UHGV virus genome: UHGV-1507218
Origin: a virus
Reading direction: 5' to 3' (one strand)
DNA length: 35,190 nucleotides
Below, one piece after another: positions 6,738 through 16,992 of this stretch (position 1 is its first letter; each line of letters begins with the position of its first letter). The notes beneath the pieces were generated by a model. It was not told where the DNA came from. It saw nothing but the letters and a program-made list of their open reading frames with translations, and searched no databases. The translations under genes and the position numbers were made by a program.

Positions 6738-9632
6738 TTATTTCATCCCCGGATCAACTTGGTTAATCAACGGTGCAATCCAGAACAGGTTATTACCTGG
6801 CAATAACGTACGCACACTATGCAATACACGATCGCCGGCGTCGCCATTCAGTACACCAGCGGTCACATCGGTAACGGTATCCAGCAGGCCGAAAGTCGGC
6901 CCCAGTGCAGAGCCGATAAAGCCACGGCTAGCGTATCGTGATTGCGTCCCTGTTCCAAGCAACGGCCCAAGCCCAAGCATACCACCGGATGCTTTTTCTG
7001 CCATGTTGTTATATTCCATCAGCGGGCCAAGGATACCAGAACGGTCTATGCCCTCGAGCACCATCTTCTGCGGCGTCAAATCCACCTCCCGGCCATTAGC
7101 CGCCTGCTTAAGCGCATAGGTCAATGAGCCAAGACCAATCTGGAAGGCGGTACCGTAATAAAATTGCGCGGTACCTTCCTGCAGGCCGCCGAGCGTCGCA
7201 CGGTTATAGGATGCCGTTGCAAAAGACTTAAACTGGAATACGGTTTTCCCTAGCGGGGTACTGGCCCACAGCGGCGTATCACCGATCCCCGGCGTGATAA
7301 CGGTATTGTTTACATCCTTCAGCACAGCAGATTGCAGCAGGCCAGCGGCGTACTGGTCATCCCATTTTTCGAAATTGCCGATATGCCAGCCCTGAATAAC
7401 TTCGCCGTGCTTCTGAAATTCTCGCTGTATGCGTTCGGCCATCTTCTCATTGATACCGAGTTTTGCCAGGCGCTTCGCAGGGAACGCGCCGGACAGAATA
7501 CCGTCGGACGTGATCATGCCATTCACCGATTTGTTCATATCGTCAAAGTGGCCCATCATGGTCAGCTTGCCGAACACATCGGTAATACGTTCCATGCCAG
7601 CTTCTGCAGCTGTCGTACGCGAAGAGCTATCGACCAGATCCCCCATCGTACGCGCGCGGGTATGCAGTATGGTTTCAAGCCCCACGGCCATTTTCTTCTG
7701 CTCCGCCCGGCTGGCGAGGTAAGCCGGCGAGCGGGTGATCAGCGCGCCATATCCACGCATGGTATTGCTGAAGCCGTTAACCATCATGCCGCGCGCCAGA
7801 TCCGGGATAGCGGATACCGTCATGCCGCCGAGTTTCGTTACAAAGTTGGCGCTACGCAGGAAAGCACCGGCGCGAACGAAAAATGATGATGGGTCATCTG
7901 GCATACCGTAGGTACCGACGAGGCGATCGCGAAGCGCCAGAATATCGCGCAGGTCGGCTTCACGTGCTTTCGCCAGTTTTTCCTGTTCCGCCGGGCGTAA
8001 ACGCATTAGCGCGTCGTACTCGTCCTGGATGGCGGCGAGCTGCGAATCCAGCGACTTGTTGCCAAAGGTGCGGGTTAATTCGATTTCTGCCGAGGCTTCG
8101 CGGATATGACGCTGCAGGACGTAGTTAGCGTCGCTCTCCAGATAATCTTTCATCAGGCGATCGGGAACGCTCAACGTACGCGATTTAGTGCTGCCCGGCG
8201 CTTTCACCATAAAGACGTTGGCGAACTCCTGTGGAATTTTGGCCCCGACAATACGGTTAATCGTGGTATCGGCAGCGATTTCTGCATCTTCGCGAGACAT
8301 GGTTTTCTCACCGCGTGACCACCAGTCAACCAGCATATTGCGGAATTTATCGCGCTCGCTAACGATTTTCCCTACCTTGTACACGCGAGGGAAATAGCTG
8401 GTCTGTCCCATCGCTTTCAGTTCGGCATCCGGCGGAAGTAAGCCCAGTTCCTGCTGTGCCGTCTTCACACGATTGATGACCGTACGCATTGCCTGTGCCG
8501 CTTCCTGCACTTTCGCATTAACGTGCACGTCGCCGTTGCGCAGTGCCTCGCCAACCTGTTCACGGAAGGCCGTATAACCCATATCGCCGCCTTCAGCTTT
8601 GTACTGGGTGTATGCCTGCTTATTCGCAGTAACGACGGCCGCCTCTTCGCGGCGCCAGCCACGTACGCGCGTCTCAGCCGCAACCGGTGTTTCAATACCG
8701 CGCAGGTTGCCTTCCAGCGTGAAGTTATTCTCTGCCAGTTCCAGAGCTGTCCGGCGCGCTTCTTTTGATGGGGATTCCATCAGGCGGGTGATCGGCGTCA
8801 GATAGCTACCGGCTTTTTTAGCCAGCTTGCCGAGTGGGCCGCCAGACACTGGCGTGAGATCTTCCAGTGTAGCTTCGCGAATACGCATAGCACCGACGCT
8901 GCCACCGTTTGGTAAAGTATCCGCCAGGGCATCGGCAGCGTTGTTAATCGTTGGCGAGGCGTTCATATTATCGAGCGCCTCCGCCACTTCACGGGTGGCC
9001 GCATTTCTTACCGATGGGGTGATCATCGCACCAGCGGTAGCAAATACACCGCTGAGAAGAGCGCCGGCGGTAATGTGTGCGGCGCTCTCCCTTGCTGTTC
9101 TGGTGTACTGCTCATTATTGAGCGCTACCTCACTGAGCGCGGTACCGGCGGCACCAATAGCAACCTGAGAACCAATACGCGCAGCCAGGCTTCCCTGCGC
9201 ACCGGGGATAAACATCGATGCGACTGTGACGGGGTCGATAACCCCGGCGGCTATACTGGCTAAAGTTCCTTCAGCACCTGCTTCAGACAGCACCCGGCGG
9301 TCTTCGTTTTCATCGTCTATCTGGTTTTTAATCCAGGCGGTTTCCTCTGGGGATTTTGAATCCGCAAAGGCGGATCCCCATTGTTCGTAACCCTTTATTT
9401 CGTTTTTATCAGAATAAGGGTTATACCCCTCCGCTGGCTCGAATTGTTTAGCCGGGCGGAACATCCCGGCGAGCAGGTTATTCTGACGAAAAGCGGCATC
9501 CCATACAGACGGTTGTTGCTGCTGTGGCTCCGGGTTAGTTCCTTCAGGCAGAGATACATCAAAACCAGTTGGTGCCTGAAGAGCATTATCCATTACGCTC
9601 GGCGGAACATCAGATTGCGGATAGATAGGCAT
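6738..9632 (-). CDS. Internal virion (core/ejection) protein, large (T7 gp15/gp16-like)
   Basis: 964-aa Ala/Gly-rich protein sitting in the T7 order between the tail tube and terminase genes; start/stop overlap with the upstream core gene. Confidence 0.5.
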   Translation of the reverse strand: MPIYPQSDVPPSVMDNALQAPTGFDVSLPEGTNPEPQQQQPSVWDAAFRQNNLLAGMFRPAKQFEPAEGYNPYSDKNEIKGYEQWGSAFADSKSPEETAWIKNQIDDENEDRRVLSEAGAEGTLASIAAGVIDPVTVASMFIPGAQGSLAARIGSQVAIGAAGTALSEVALNNEQYTRTARESAAHITAGALLSGVFATAGAMITPSVRNAATREVAEALDNMNASPTINNAADALADTLPNGGSVGAMRIREATLEDLTPVSGGPLGKLAKKAGSYLTPITRLMESPSKEARRTALELAENNFTLEGNLRGIETPVAAETRVRGWRREEAAVVTANKQAYTQYKAEGGDMGYTAFREQVGEALRNGDVHVNAKVQEAAQAMRTVINRVKTAQQELGLLPPDAELKAMGQTSYFPRVYKVGKIVSERDKFRNMLVDWWSRGEKTMSREDAEIAADTTINRIVGAKIPQEFANVFMVKAPGSTKSRTLSVPDRLMKDYLESDANYVLQRHIREASAEIELTRTFGNKSLDSQLAAIQDEYDALMRLRPAEQEKLAKAREADLRDILALRDRLVGTYGMPDDPSSFFVRAGAFLRSANFVTKLGGMTVSAIPDLARGMMVNGFSNTMRGYGALITRSPAYLASRAEQKKMAVGLETILHTRARTMGDLVDSSSRTTAAEAGMERITDVFGKLTMMGHFDDMNKSVNGMITSDGILSGAFPAKRLAKLGINEKMAERIQREFQKHGEVIQGWHIGNFEKWDDQYAAGLLQSAVLKDVNNTVITPGIGDTPLWASTPLGKTVFQFKSFATASYNRATLGGLQEGTAQFYYGTAFQIGLGSLTYALKQAANGREVDLTPQKMVLEGIDRSGILGPLMEYNNMAEKASGGMLGLGPLLGTGTQSRYASRGFIGSALGPTFGLLDTVTDVTAGVLNGDAGDRVLHSVRTLLPGNNLFWIAPLINQVDPGMK

Positions 9633-12346
9633 TATTCATTGCTCCATGAGAAGTAGTTTTTAACCCGGTTCATACGCTCATCATGCAAGCGCTGATACTG
9701 TTCATCGAGCGCACGATGTTTTTCCTTAAAGCCCCGAATATCTTTTCCGCGTGATATTTCCTCTTCGCCTTGCTGTTCCCTTTCCTGCTGCATTTTTTGA
9801 TATGGTCCCCATTTTTCAATGTCAGGTTTCCAGCGCATGGGACGACCAAATTTATCGTAATAAGGCTGCGCCCTGGAAATACCATTTTTGTCTTTTGTGC
9901 GAACCATGATCGCGTAATCACGATCATGCGGAGTAAAAATATCAGGGGTTATTTCCAATTCGCCACCAATCCTCGATTCGGGGGTATTTGATGTAATAAC
10001 GGGGGCTGAACCTGATGTAATTCCCAGTTGGGTCGGGCTGGTTTCAATTTTTTCTCCACGTTCCCCATAGGTCAGGCGCTCTTTTTCTTCCTTCCACTGC
10101 GCAGCCTGCCAACCAGACGGCCCGTAGTTATAGAGCGCTTCAGGCGCATATTTCATAAGCTGGGCGCTGCCATTTACATCGCTAAGGCTCCAGGTACGGG
10201 TGATCTGGGCATTAGTCATCTTTTTAGCGATATCAGCATTACCACCCGAGTTGCGATAATTGATGTCATAAAGTGACTGGTAGTCATTACGGAATTTTAC
10301 TGAATTAGGATTCTGGTCATCCGCGGCGGGGCCACCAAAGCTGTACCACGGTTTCATGCTGCTGACTGCGGAATCCATCGCGCTGGCACGCTCTTTTTTG
10401 TATTCCTTCGTGCTCTGCGTAGAAGACAATTGCGATTTCAGGGCGTCAGTCTGGTTATAGGTCACGTTCTGCGCCTGTTTCACTGCTTCGTCTGAAGCCA
10501 TGCCGGAATCGGTAAGCTGTTTAACGGTCAGGTAAAAGCTTTGCATATCCTTTGGCATATCGCCCACTGAGGCAGGATCTGTTTCGTACAGAGCGTTAAA
10601 TAAGGTCGAGCCCTGCTTAACCACGTCGGGGCTACTGGAGCGGGCGATCGCATTCAGTTGGGATGTAACTTGCGATGGGATAATTCCCGTCTGGTTTACC
10701 TGCTGCACTATGGCGTCGTGAGTGGTGGCGTCGTTAATGCGGAAGTTAAGCGCCGATGGCGTATTGTCCGCCGCCTTCTGCATGGATTTGTTGCTCGGGT
10801 CGAGTTTCTCGCCAGAGATCAGCGCATCATTAAAGCGGGTAGCATCACGCTGCGCCTGAATATTGGCGTTGCTCTTCTGCACCAGCGCACTAAGTTTGCC
10901 ATACGCATCGAGTTTCAACGCGTAATCCGGGTCGTTTGCCTGCGGCTTCACTTTCGCCAGTTCGGCCTGCTGTTCTGCCGGGGTGACGTACTGGATAGCC
11001 TGGAAGGTTCTGGCGGTATCGATCGCGATATCCAGTTGCTTGACCGCTGTCTGCCCCTGCTCACCGTACGCAAACAAAATGGTGGAGGCGTTAGGCATAG
11101 CATCCGGCACCTCTCCGTTATACAGCTGCGCCATCGTATTATTGAGAATTGGGTCTATCTGCTGGCGCAGTGCCGTACGTTGCTGGCGGATCTGCGATTC
11201 GGCGATATTGTCTATTTTATTTACCGCTACCGGGTCGAGACCGGTTTTGTTTTTGTTGTAGCGGGACAACCAACCACGCGTTTCGGCTGGCAGCTGCTTA
11301 ACGAAATCCGCCATTGAGATTTCGCCTTTGCGCGGGTCGCCGACTTTAGCGATCAGCTTATCAACGTTACCCATACCCCAGTTATATGCAGCGCCGGCCA
11401 ACGTTTCAGACTGATATTTTTTACTGAGCTGCCCGGCATAATCGCGCGCCAGCTGCGCATGCTGCACAGGATCGTCCGGGTTGTACTCTTCGCCACGTTT
11501 AGCCGCCAGCTCTTTCCCTGTGTCCGGCATCAACTGATATTCACCCTGCGCGCCCGCGGGTGATGTAACAAGGCTACCGTCTGCATTGCGGTGCTTACCG
11601 CCAGATTCCACCAGGCCGACGGCGCGCATATCAAGTTCGCCGGTGCTACTATTGACCAGCGTAAAATCGCCATTAAGCCAGCCGGTGGGATTGGTTACCG
11701 CGTAGTTCTGCGCGCGCTGCTCCAGCGCTTTTTGATTCGCTTCGGAGACCGCACCGTCGATGCGTTCTTGCGACCAGCCGCGAGCCTGTCCATACATCTC
11801 GATCGAGTGTTTACGGGCGCTGCGTATTAGCCCCGCCTGCATCGGGTTATCGTAGGCGCTGGCCTCCTGTTCAACTGAAGAGGTCACCGTCGCGTTAAGC
11901 TGCTGGCGCTGGGCTTCCTCAGTCTGTGCTCGTTCGAAACCACTATAGGTGCTTGTCCGGCGTACCTGCCCCGCTTTCCACTGAGCATCAAAATAGTTTA
12001 ACTGGCTGGGCGGCACGCGCTTGCGAGCTTCCTCGTAATCGCCAGCGTCGGCCTTATCCATATCGGCGACCACACCGGACGATTTAAAGCCCTGACGCGT
12101 GACCGTTGCGCCCGTCTCCGGGTTTTCCCAGCGGTCATTAGATTTAGCTTCCAGATCGGTCAGAATAGCCTGCGTGGCCGCTACGTCGGCTTTATCCTGA
12201 TCACGCTGCACCTGCTCTGCTACCTGCCCCGCAGCAGCGCCAAAACCGGATACTGCATTACCCACAGCGCCCACATTGCTGACCGCGACGCGCGTAGGTT
12301 GTACCTGCGGCGTTACATTGCCAAAATTACCCGTTGGAATTCTCAC
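9632..12346 (-). CDS. Internal virion protein with a lytic transglycosylase (SLT) domain
   Basis: VESGGKHRNADGSLVTSPAGAQGEYQLMPDTG fits the family-1 lytic transglycosylase ES...GA.G..QLM motif. 904 aa. Confidence 0.6.
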   Translation of the reverse strand: MRIPTGNFGNVTPQVQPTRVAVSNVGAVGNAVSGFGAAAGQVAEQVQRDQDKADVAATQAILTDLEAKSNDRWENPETGATVTRQGFKSSGVVADMDKADAGDYEEARKRVPPSQLNYFDAQWKAGQVRRTSTYSGFERAQTEEAQRQQLNATVTSSVEQEASAYDNPMQAGLIRSARKHSIEMYGQARGWSQERIDGAVSEANQKALEQRAQNYAVTNPTGWLNGDFTLVNSSTGELDMRAVGLVESGGKHRNADGSLVTSPAGAQGEYQLMPDTGKELAAKRGEEYNPDDPVQHAQLARDYAGQLSKKYQSETLAGAAYNWGMGNVDKLIAKVGDPRKGEISMADFVKQLPAETRGWLSRYNKNKTGLDPVAVNKIDNIAESQIRQQRTALRQQIDPILNNTMAQLYNGEVPDAMPNASTILFAYGEQGQTAVKQLDIAIDTARTFQAIQYVTPAEQQAELAKVKPQANDPDYALKLDAYGKLSALVQKSNANIQAQRDATRFNDALISGEKLDPSNKSMQKAADNTPSALNFRINDATTHDAIVQQVNQTGIIPSQVTSQLNAIARSSSPDVVKQGSTLFNALYETDPASVGDMPKDMQSFYLTVKQLTDSGMASDEAVKQAQNVTYNQTDALKSQLSSTQSTKEYKKERASAMDSAVSSMKPWYSFGGPAADDQNPNSVKFRNDYQSLYDINYRNSGGNADIAKKMTNAQITRTWSLSDVNGSAQLMKYAPEALYNYGPSGWQAAQWKEEKERLTYGERGEKIETSPTQLGITSGSAPVITSNTPESRIGGELEITPDIFTPHDRDYAIMVRTKDKNGISRAQPYYDKFGRPMRWKPDIEKWGPYQKMQQEREQQGEEEISRGKDIRGFKEKHRALDEQYQRLHDERMNRVKNYFSWSNE

Positions 12347-12351
12347 GTTTA

Positions 12352-12840
12352 TTACTCCGCATATAATCCGTATTTGCCAGTTTTAGCCTTTTGCCAGCCG
12401 CTATACGCCGTTCCGCCGGCGCTTAAAAGCGAACTGCCGGCGCTGATGTTTCCCGCCGTCGCCGCATTTCTTCCACTGATGCGGTCGGCCTGTGCCTGCG
12501 CCTGCAGACGGTTAGAGGAATTCACGCCATTAAGGATCGTCTGGTAAGCGTCCTGCTCTGCGTCTTCGGTAATGCCCGAAGTAATGCGCAGCGCGGTACC
12601 TTCGCCAGTTTCAACGCCCGACGCCGCCAGCGAAGCGTTGGCCGCTGCGGCCTGTTCACGTCCGGCTTTACGGATACGATCAGCTTCCACCCTTGCGGCT
12701 TTCTGACTCGCCTCTGCATCAGCTTCCGCCTGTGCTGCCTGATAGTTCGCCATTTTTTTCTGCTGCTGGCCGCTATACGCTGCGCCGCCAGCGGCTAACA
12801 CCGTGGACGCCACCAGGGCAATTTCTACGCCAGTGCACAT
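12352..12840 (-). CDS. Small internal virion protein (gp13/gp14-like): N-terminal TM plus Ala/Gln-rich coiled coil
   Basis: Hydrophobic N-terminus VEIALVASTVLAAGGAAY, low-complexity A/Q-rich body, position. Confidence 0.4.
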   Translation of the reverse strand: MCTGVEIALVASTVLAAGGAAYSGQQQKKMANYQAAQAEADAEASQKAARVEADRIRKAGREQAAAANASLAASGVETGEGTALRITSGITEDAEQDAYQTILNGVNSSNRLQAQAQADRISGRNAATAGNISAGSSLLSAGGTAYSGWQKAKTGKYGLYAE

Positions 12841-12842
12841 TG

Positions 12843-13295
12843 TTAAACCTCCATCGAATAAAGCAGGCCTGTTTGCTGCAGGCCGAGACGCGAATACAAC
12901 TGGCCGGTGCGTTCAGCGTGCACGCCAGTGGTGATCCCCATGTTGATAACGGCGGCGCCGTGCTCTTTTGACCAGTCAATAAACGCGCGTGCCAGTCGCG
13001 GCCCGGCGCTGCCACCCCGATGTTCTGGCGCGACAAATAAGCCGTATTCGAAGGCCATCAACTGGCGGGAAAAAAACTGCTCGGCAATACCGCCGCCAAG
13101 CCAGCCGATAACCTGCCCGTCTTTTTCGGCGACCAGTACGCAACCAGACGGCGAATAAATCAGGCTTTGTGCCAGTTCTGCGCATTTATCCGCATCAAAC
13201 GGCGAGTTTTGCGAGTAACGGGACTCGAGATACATCCGGGTTCCCAGCTCGATAAGCGCCGGAATATCCCCGGCAGTGGCGTTACGAATCATCAT
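12843..13295 (-). CDS. GNAT family N-acetyltransferase embedded in the virion operon
   Basis: Acetyl-CoA binding motif region VIGWLGGGIAEQ ... HRGGSAGPRLARAFIDW. TAATG overlap with the upstream tail-tube gene. Confidence 0.7.
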   Translation of the reverse strand: MMIRNATAGDIPALIELGTRMYLESRYSQNSPFDADKCAELAQSLIYSPSGCVLVAEKDGQVIGWLGGGIAEQFFSRQLMAFEYGLFVAPEHRGGSAGPRLARAFIDWSKEHGAAVINMGITTGVHAERTGQLYSRLGLQQTGLLYSMEV

Positions 13296-15289
13296 TAGCC
13301 CCCGTTACTGGTAAAGACGATGACAATGGCGAGAAGATGGAACGGCAGCGGCTGGCGCTGCTGAATAGTCAGCGAGTCTTCTCCGCGCTCCCAGCCTAAT
13401 TTTCCCCAGTAGTGATCGCCGGTGAATAAAGGCGCCGGCTGGTTGAGGATTTTTGGCCCGAACGTGCGGAACGGGATCACCTGGCCGTTGCACTCGGCGC
13501 CAGTGGTTTCGAGGAAACGCATAGTGACTTCACTTGTGCGCTTGCGGGTGTTCTGCGTGGTGCCTTCAGACGTAGCGACTTCAGGCGTAAGCGTGGTAAT
13601 AGTCGTTTCAAAATGCAGGCCGATTTCGACTTTGTAGGCTTTGCGCGAAAGCGTGATTTGGCCGGATGATACGACCGCCTGCGGCATGACAGAGCCGTCT
13701 GCAACGATATCGACGGTCTCGCCTTCGAGGTGCGACAGGCCGCTCCATGTCGTTGCGCCAGCATCGCTGGAGCCCGTCACGGCTGCATCGGTGTACAGGG
13801 CGTTGCTGAACATTTCTACATAGCGAACGGTCTGGCCATCGACAGTACGGCGCACAATGGCGTACACCACATCGTCAGTCGCTGAGGGAATAGTCGCTAC
13901 GGACTCAAACGCACCATTGGTGATCTGCCGTGACCACGCGACAACGTTCTGCGCCCGGTCTATAGCCATCGTCACCATTACACCATCATTGCGAACCAGC
14001 CAGGTAAACGCATCAGGTTGCTGCTGATACGCCATATCGATCACGCCGCCTTCTGTGATGTGTTCCGCCAGTACGGTCATATCGTTGGCCGAGTAGGCTA
14101 CATAGCTGTCGGGGTCATAGGCGACAGCGTAGAGCTTACGGCCAGAACGCTGGACGAACATAATTTCGGTACCGACACGCACCGGGCGGATCCCATTGCA
14201 TCCGTACGGACTGGGATTTTTTACCGAAATATTGGTAGGCGTAATCGCCGCATCGTTGCCGGCGGTAATGGTAAACTCGCCGCCGTACGTCAGCGCAATT
14301 AGCGTATTCATCTGCGCGAGGTGCACAATCGGGTTGAGCTGGTCAGAAGACAGCGTAAAGCTGATCGCGTCGTCGTCGTCGGTTCCCAGCTCGAAAGAGA
14401 GGTATACGCCCGACTCACTCCACCAGATAGTTTGCGGATACTGCGGCGAACCGGCCAGAACCAGCCGTTGCTGGTAAAGCGTTACCGCGCCCGGGTATCC
14501 AAATTCATCCGTCCAGACGGAATCCTCGCGAGTCCAGGCGCCCGGCGATGCCGCCTGCGTTGCGCTTAAATCGGTGCGAATGGTACCGACGGCAACCTGC
14601 GCACTGGTCACGCTCTTAATCAGCACCAGACCGCTGTTAATCCTGACGTACGAGCCCACATCTTCAGGCACCCAACCATCACCAGTAAACGGCGGCAGGT
14701 CTTCGCTACCTTCTGGCGGTTCTTCATCGCTCAGGGTCAACGTGATTTCCGAGCCGACGAATTCTTTCACCGATGGCTTGCACCATTTCTGCGGCGTGTC
14801 GCGCACTTCGTCGAAGGGTTCAACGATAAACGGCGTCGGTTCCAGTACCCAATCGGTTTGACCGCGTCGCTGCAGGCGATACGGTTTAACGGCCTGATGC
14901 ACCAGAAACATGGTATCAGCGCCCTGAACGTAATTTACCGATGGCAACATGTCAGAGGTGTACGGGCTGGCGATTTCGTACGGCGTGTTGTCGTCGTTCA
15001 CCAGCTGCTTACCATCCTGGTAAATTCGCAGATAGCCGTCGCCAAACTCCAGAATGTACGCCTGCGTGCGGTTGAAGACGTACGGAATGAGGCGGGATTT
15101 TTTATCACCGTACTTTGTGGCCGCTACGAACTGCGAGCCGGGGCGGCGCATTACCCCGCCCTGCACCACGACCACGCTATTTTCCAGCGTCTTCGCGCCG
15201 TTCGCATAGCGATCGATATCCACGCGCCCCATAAGACGCGGGGAGATTTCACCGGCGGTGAAGTTGGTTTTAATCAGATTGGCGCGCAT
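13295..15289 (-). CDS. Tail tubular protein B (T7 gp12-like nozzle)
   Basis: Large protein directly after the gp11-like gene in the T7 order. Start placed at MRANLIK, 1 nt after the upstream stop. Confidence 0.5.
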   Translation of the reverse strand: MRANLIKTNFTAGEISPRLMGRVDIDRYANGAKTLENSVVVVQGGVMRRPGSQFVAATKYGDKKSRLIPYVFNRTQAYILEFGDGYLRIYQDGKQLVNDDNTPYEIASPYTSDMLPSVNYVQGADTMFLVHQAVKPYRLQRRGQTDWVLEPTPFIVEPFDEVRDTPQKWCKPSVKEFVGSEITLTLSDEEPPEGSEDLPPFTGDGWVPEDVGSYVRINSGLVLIKSVTSAQVAVGTIRTDLSATQAASPGAWTREDSVWTDEFGYPGAVTLYQQRLVLAGSPQYPQTIWWSESGVYLSFELGTDDDDAISFTLSSDQLNPIVHLAQMNTLIALTYGGEFTITAGNDAAITPTNISVKNPSPYGCNGIRPVRVGTEIMFVQRSGRKLYAVAYDPDSYVAYSANDMTVLAEHITEGGVIDMAYQQQPDAFTWLVRNDGVMVTMAIDRAQNVVAWSRQITNGAFESVATIPSATDDVVYAIVRRTVDGQTVRYVEMFSNALYTDAAVTGSSDAGATTWSGLSHLEGETVDIVADGSVMPQAVVSSGQITLSRKAYKVEIGLHFETTITTLTPEVATSEGTTQNTRKRTSEVTMRFLETTGAECNGQVIPFRTFGPKILNQPAPLFTGDHYWGKLGWERGEDSLTIQQRQPLPFHLLAIVIVFTSNGG

Positions 15290-15290
15290 G

Positions 15291-15854
15291 TCAGAACCTC
15301 GATTCGTACGTTGGATAGCCGCCAAGCTCTTCCGGCGGGTCTTCCTGACCATCCACCGCCTTCGCCTGCTTCAGCAGTACCAGCGATTCCTGGGCGAGAC
15401 TGTCGCGCAAACTGGTAGAGCCGGTGACAGCATAGGCCAGCTTTGCCTGCATCATCATTTCTGCCACATCAACAAGCGCGGCATCCCAGGTGGATTCGTC
15501 TTCGTTGCGGAACACATAACGCAGCTTCAGTACCTGCACGTTCGCCAGCAGCCTGTTTCCTTCAACGCGGTACGGAATATCGTCCCAAACTTCACCAACG
15601 GACAGGACGCGAAGAAGATCACCGGGTAGTGCGAACTGAAAGCGGAAACCGAATACCGGCGCTGTACTAACAGGAGAGAGAACCACACGTTTTACAACGC
15701 AGTTCCACGGATGCGCGCGCAGCAGCTTATTGCGTACGGTGGGATAAAGGTTTGAGCACAGACGGGCGTGATCGGTGTTTTCGTCGAAACTGTTAATCGG
15801 GTGAGCACCGAGCGCCAGCAGTGCGTTAGAGCAGATAGAAATACTGTCAGCCAT
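15291..15854 (-). CDS. Tail tubular protein A (T7 gp11-like)
   Basis: 187 aa, follows the capsid gene and its terminator as in T7; GAGGTAAGG RBS. Confidence 0.45.
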   Translation of the reverse strand: MADSISICSNALLALGAHPINSFDENTDHARLCSNLYPTVRNKLLRAHPWNCVVKRVVLSPVSTAPVFGFRFQFALPGDLLRVLSVGEVWDDIPYRVEGNRLLANVQVLKLRYVFRNEDESTWDAALVDVAEMMMQAKLAYAVTGSTSLRDSLAQESLVLLKQAKAVDGQEDPPEELGGYPTYESRF

Positions 15855-15870
15855 AGCCTTACCTCAGATG

Positions 15871-15897
15871 AAAAAAGGCCGGGAGATATCCCCCGGC
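15871..15897 (-). terminator. Rho-independent terminator just downstream of the major capsid gene (T-phi-like position)
   Basis: Minus strand GCCGGGGGATATCTCCCGGCC followed by TTTTTT. Confidence 0.65.
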
Positions 15898-15913
15898 AAA
15901 GGCACCAGCGGCT

Positions 15914-16825
15914 TTATGCTACGAAATCGATGGCGACTACTTTGTTTTCCGCTGCGCGGCCTGCGCCATAGGACGCATCGACGGAAATCTGAATGGTGTT
16001 GTTTTTATCGCGGCGCGGGCCGATATCGACGTTGTACTCTTCGCCGGTACCGAAATGCACAGCAGATTTACACCAGGCTGCGGCGGTTTTGGTGGTGACA
16101 GCGGGATCACCTGCTGAAGCAGAATCCAGTTTTTCATACGCCAGCCACTTAAAGCCCAGCCAGTTACCAGACACTGCGCCTTCCTGCAGCATTTTCACTG
16201 CCATAAAGTCGGCGCTGGTCAGCGTGGTATCGCTGAGGATTTGGGTCAGCATGTCGGCGTTGTAGGTGATGTACAGCTCTTCACCATTCTGCTCGTCACA
16301 CTCGTTACGGCGGAACATCGCTTTTGCAGCGATCAGCTTCGCTTTGGTCATCCCGGTACCGCCAGCAACGATTTTCTGCGATGCGGGGAGAGCAACCGGA
16401 GCGTACGCGCCAGTGTTGGAGGTTTTGCGCAGAACGGTATCGAGCAGTGCACGATAGATAACGTCGTCTTTTTTGCGGTTGGATGCGGCCAGTGTGAGCT
16501 GCAAATATGGCCCCTGCGGGTCAGCCAGCAGTTTGCGCAGGTCGCGCTTTTCCACCGGCACGAATACGCCATAGTCAGCCATCAGCGCATTACGGGTGCC
16601 AGCATCAGGCAGATCCCAGACGGTATCACCGAAACGCGTGGTGATCTGCTGCATCTCGATAGTGCCCATATCGTTGATGGTGAACGACGCACCGGTAATG
16701 TTGCCACGGTCGAAAACAGCAGCTTGCAGGCGGGAATCCTTCTGCTGCGCGGCAATTTCGAAAGAATCATGGAACTGCTGAACATACGCAGCGGTGATCA
16801 TGTTCTTAGCGGTATCAAATGACAT
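15914..16825 (-). CDS. Major capsid protein (T7 gp10-like)
   Basis: About 300 aa, position after scaffold and before the terminator. Start placed at MSFDTAK with GGAG 8 nt upstream. Confidence 0.6.
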   Translation of the reverse strand: MSFDTAKNMITAAYVQQFHDSFEIAAQQKDSRLQAAVFDRGNITGASFTINDMGTIEMQQITTRFGDTVWDLPDAGTRNALMADYGVFVPVEKRDLRKLLADPQGPYLQLTLAASNRKKDDVIYRALLDTVLRKTSNTGAYAPVALPASQKIVAGGTGMTKAKLIAAKAMFRRNECDEQNGEELYITYNADMLTQILSDTTLTSADFMAVKMLQEGAVSGNWLGFKWLAYEKLDSASAGDPAVTTKTAAAWCKSAVHFGTGEEYNVDIGPRRDKNNTIQISVDASYGAGRAAENKVVAIDFVA

Positions 16826-16975
16826 AACAATCACTCCAGAAAGTATCGCCTGCGGGTTGTCGGTATTTCCGGCCCAAATCAGCACAATGCGGTTGGCGCT
16901 GGCGCATTGCGGGAAAATTCAGTTATCCGGCGTCCCCGCCGGGCTGGTTGTGGAGTGATTGTTAGCGAGGTGCGC

Positions 16976-16990
16976 GGTCGGAATCCCGAC
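16976..16990 (-). repeat. Late-operon hairpin motif copy 4, between a terminator and the major capsid gene
   Basis: Exact copy, 3 nt from the terminator T-run. Confidence 0.7.
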
Positions 16991-16992
16991 CA

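Noticed and set aside
12843-13295. GNAT acetyltransferase as a toxin of a GNAT-RHH toxin-antitoxin pair
   Set aside because: No small RHH/DUF1778-type antitoxin ORF precedes it. It is fused by overlap to a 685-aa structural gene instead, so it is reported as a virion-operon acetyltransferase of unknown target.
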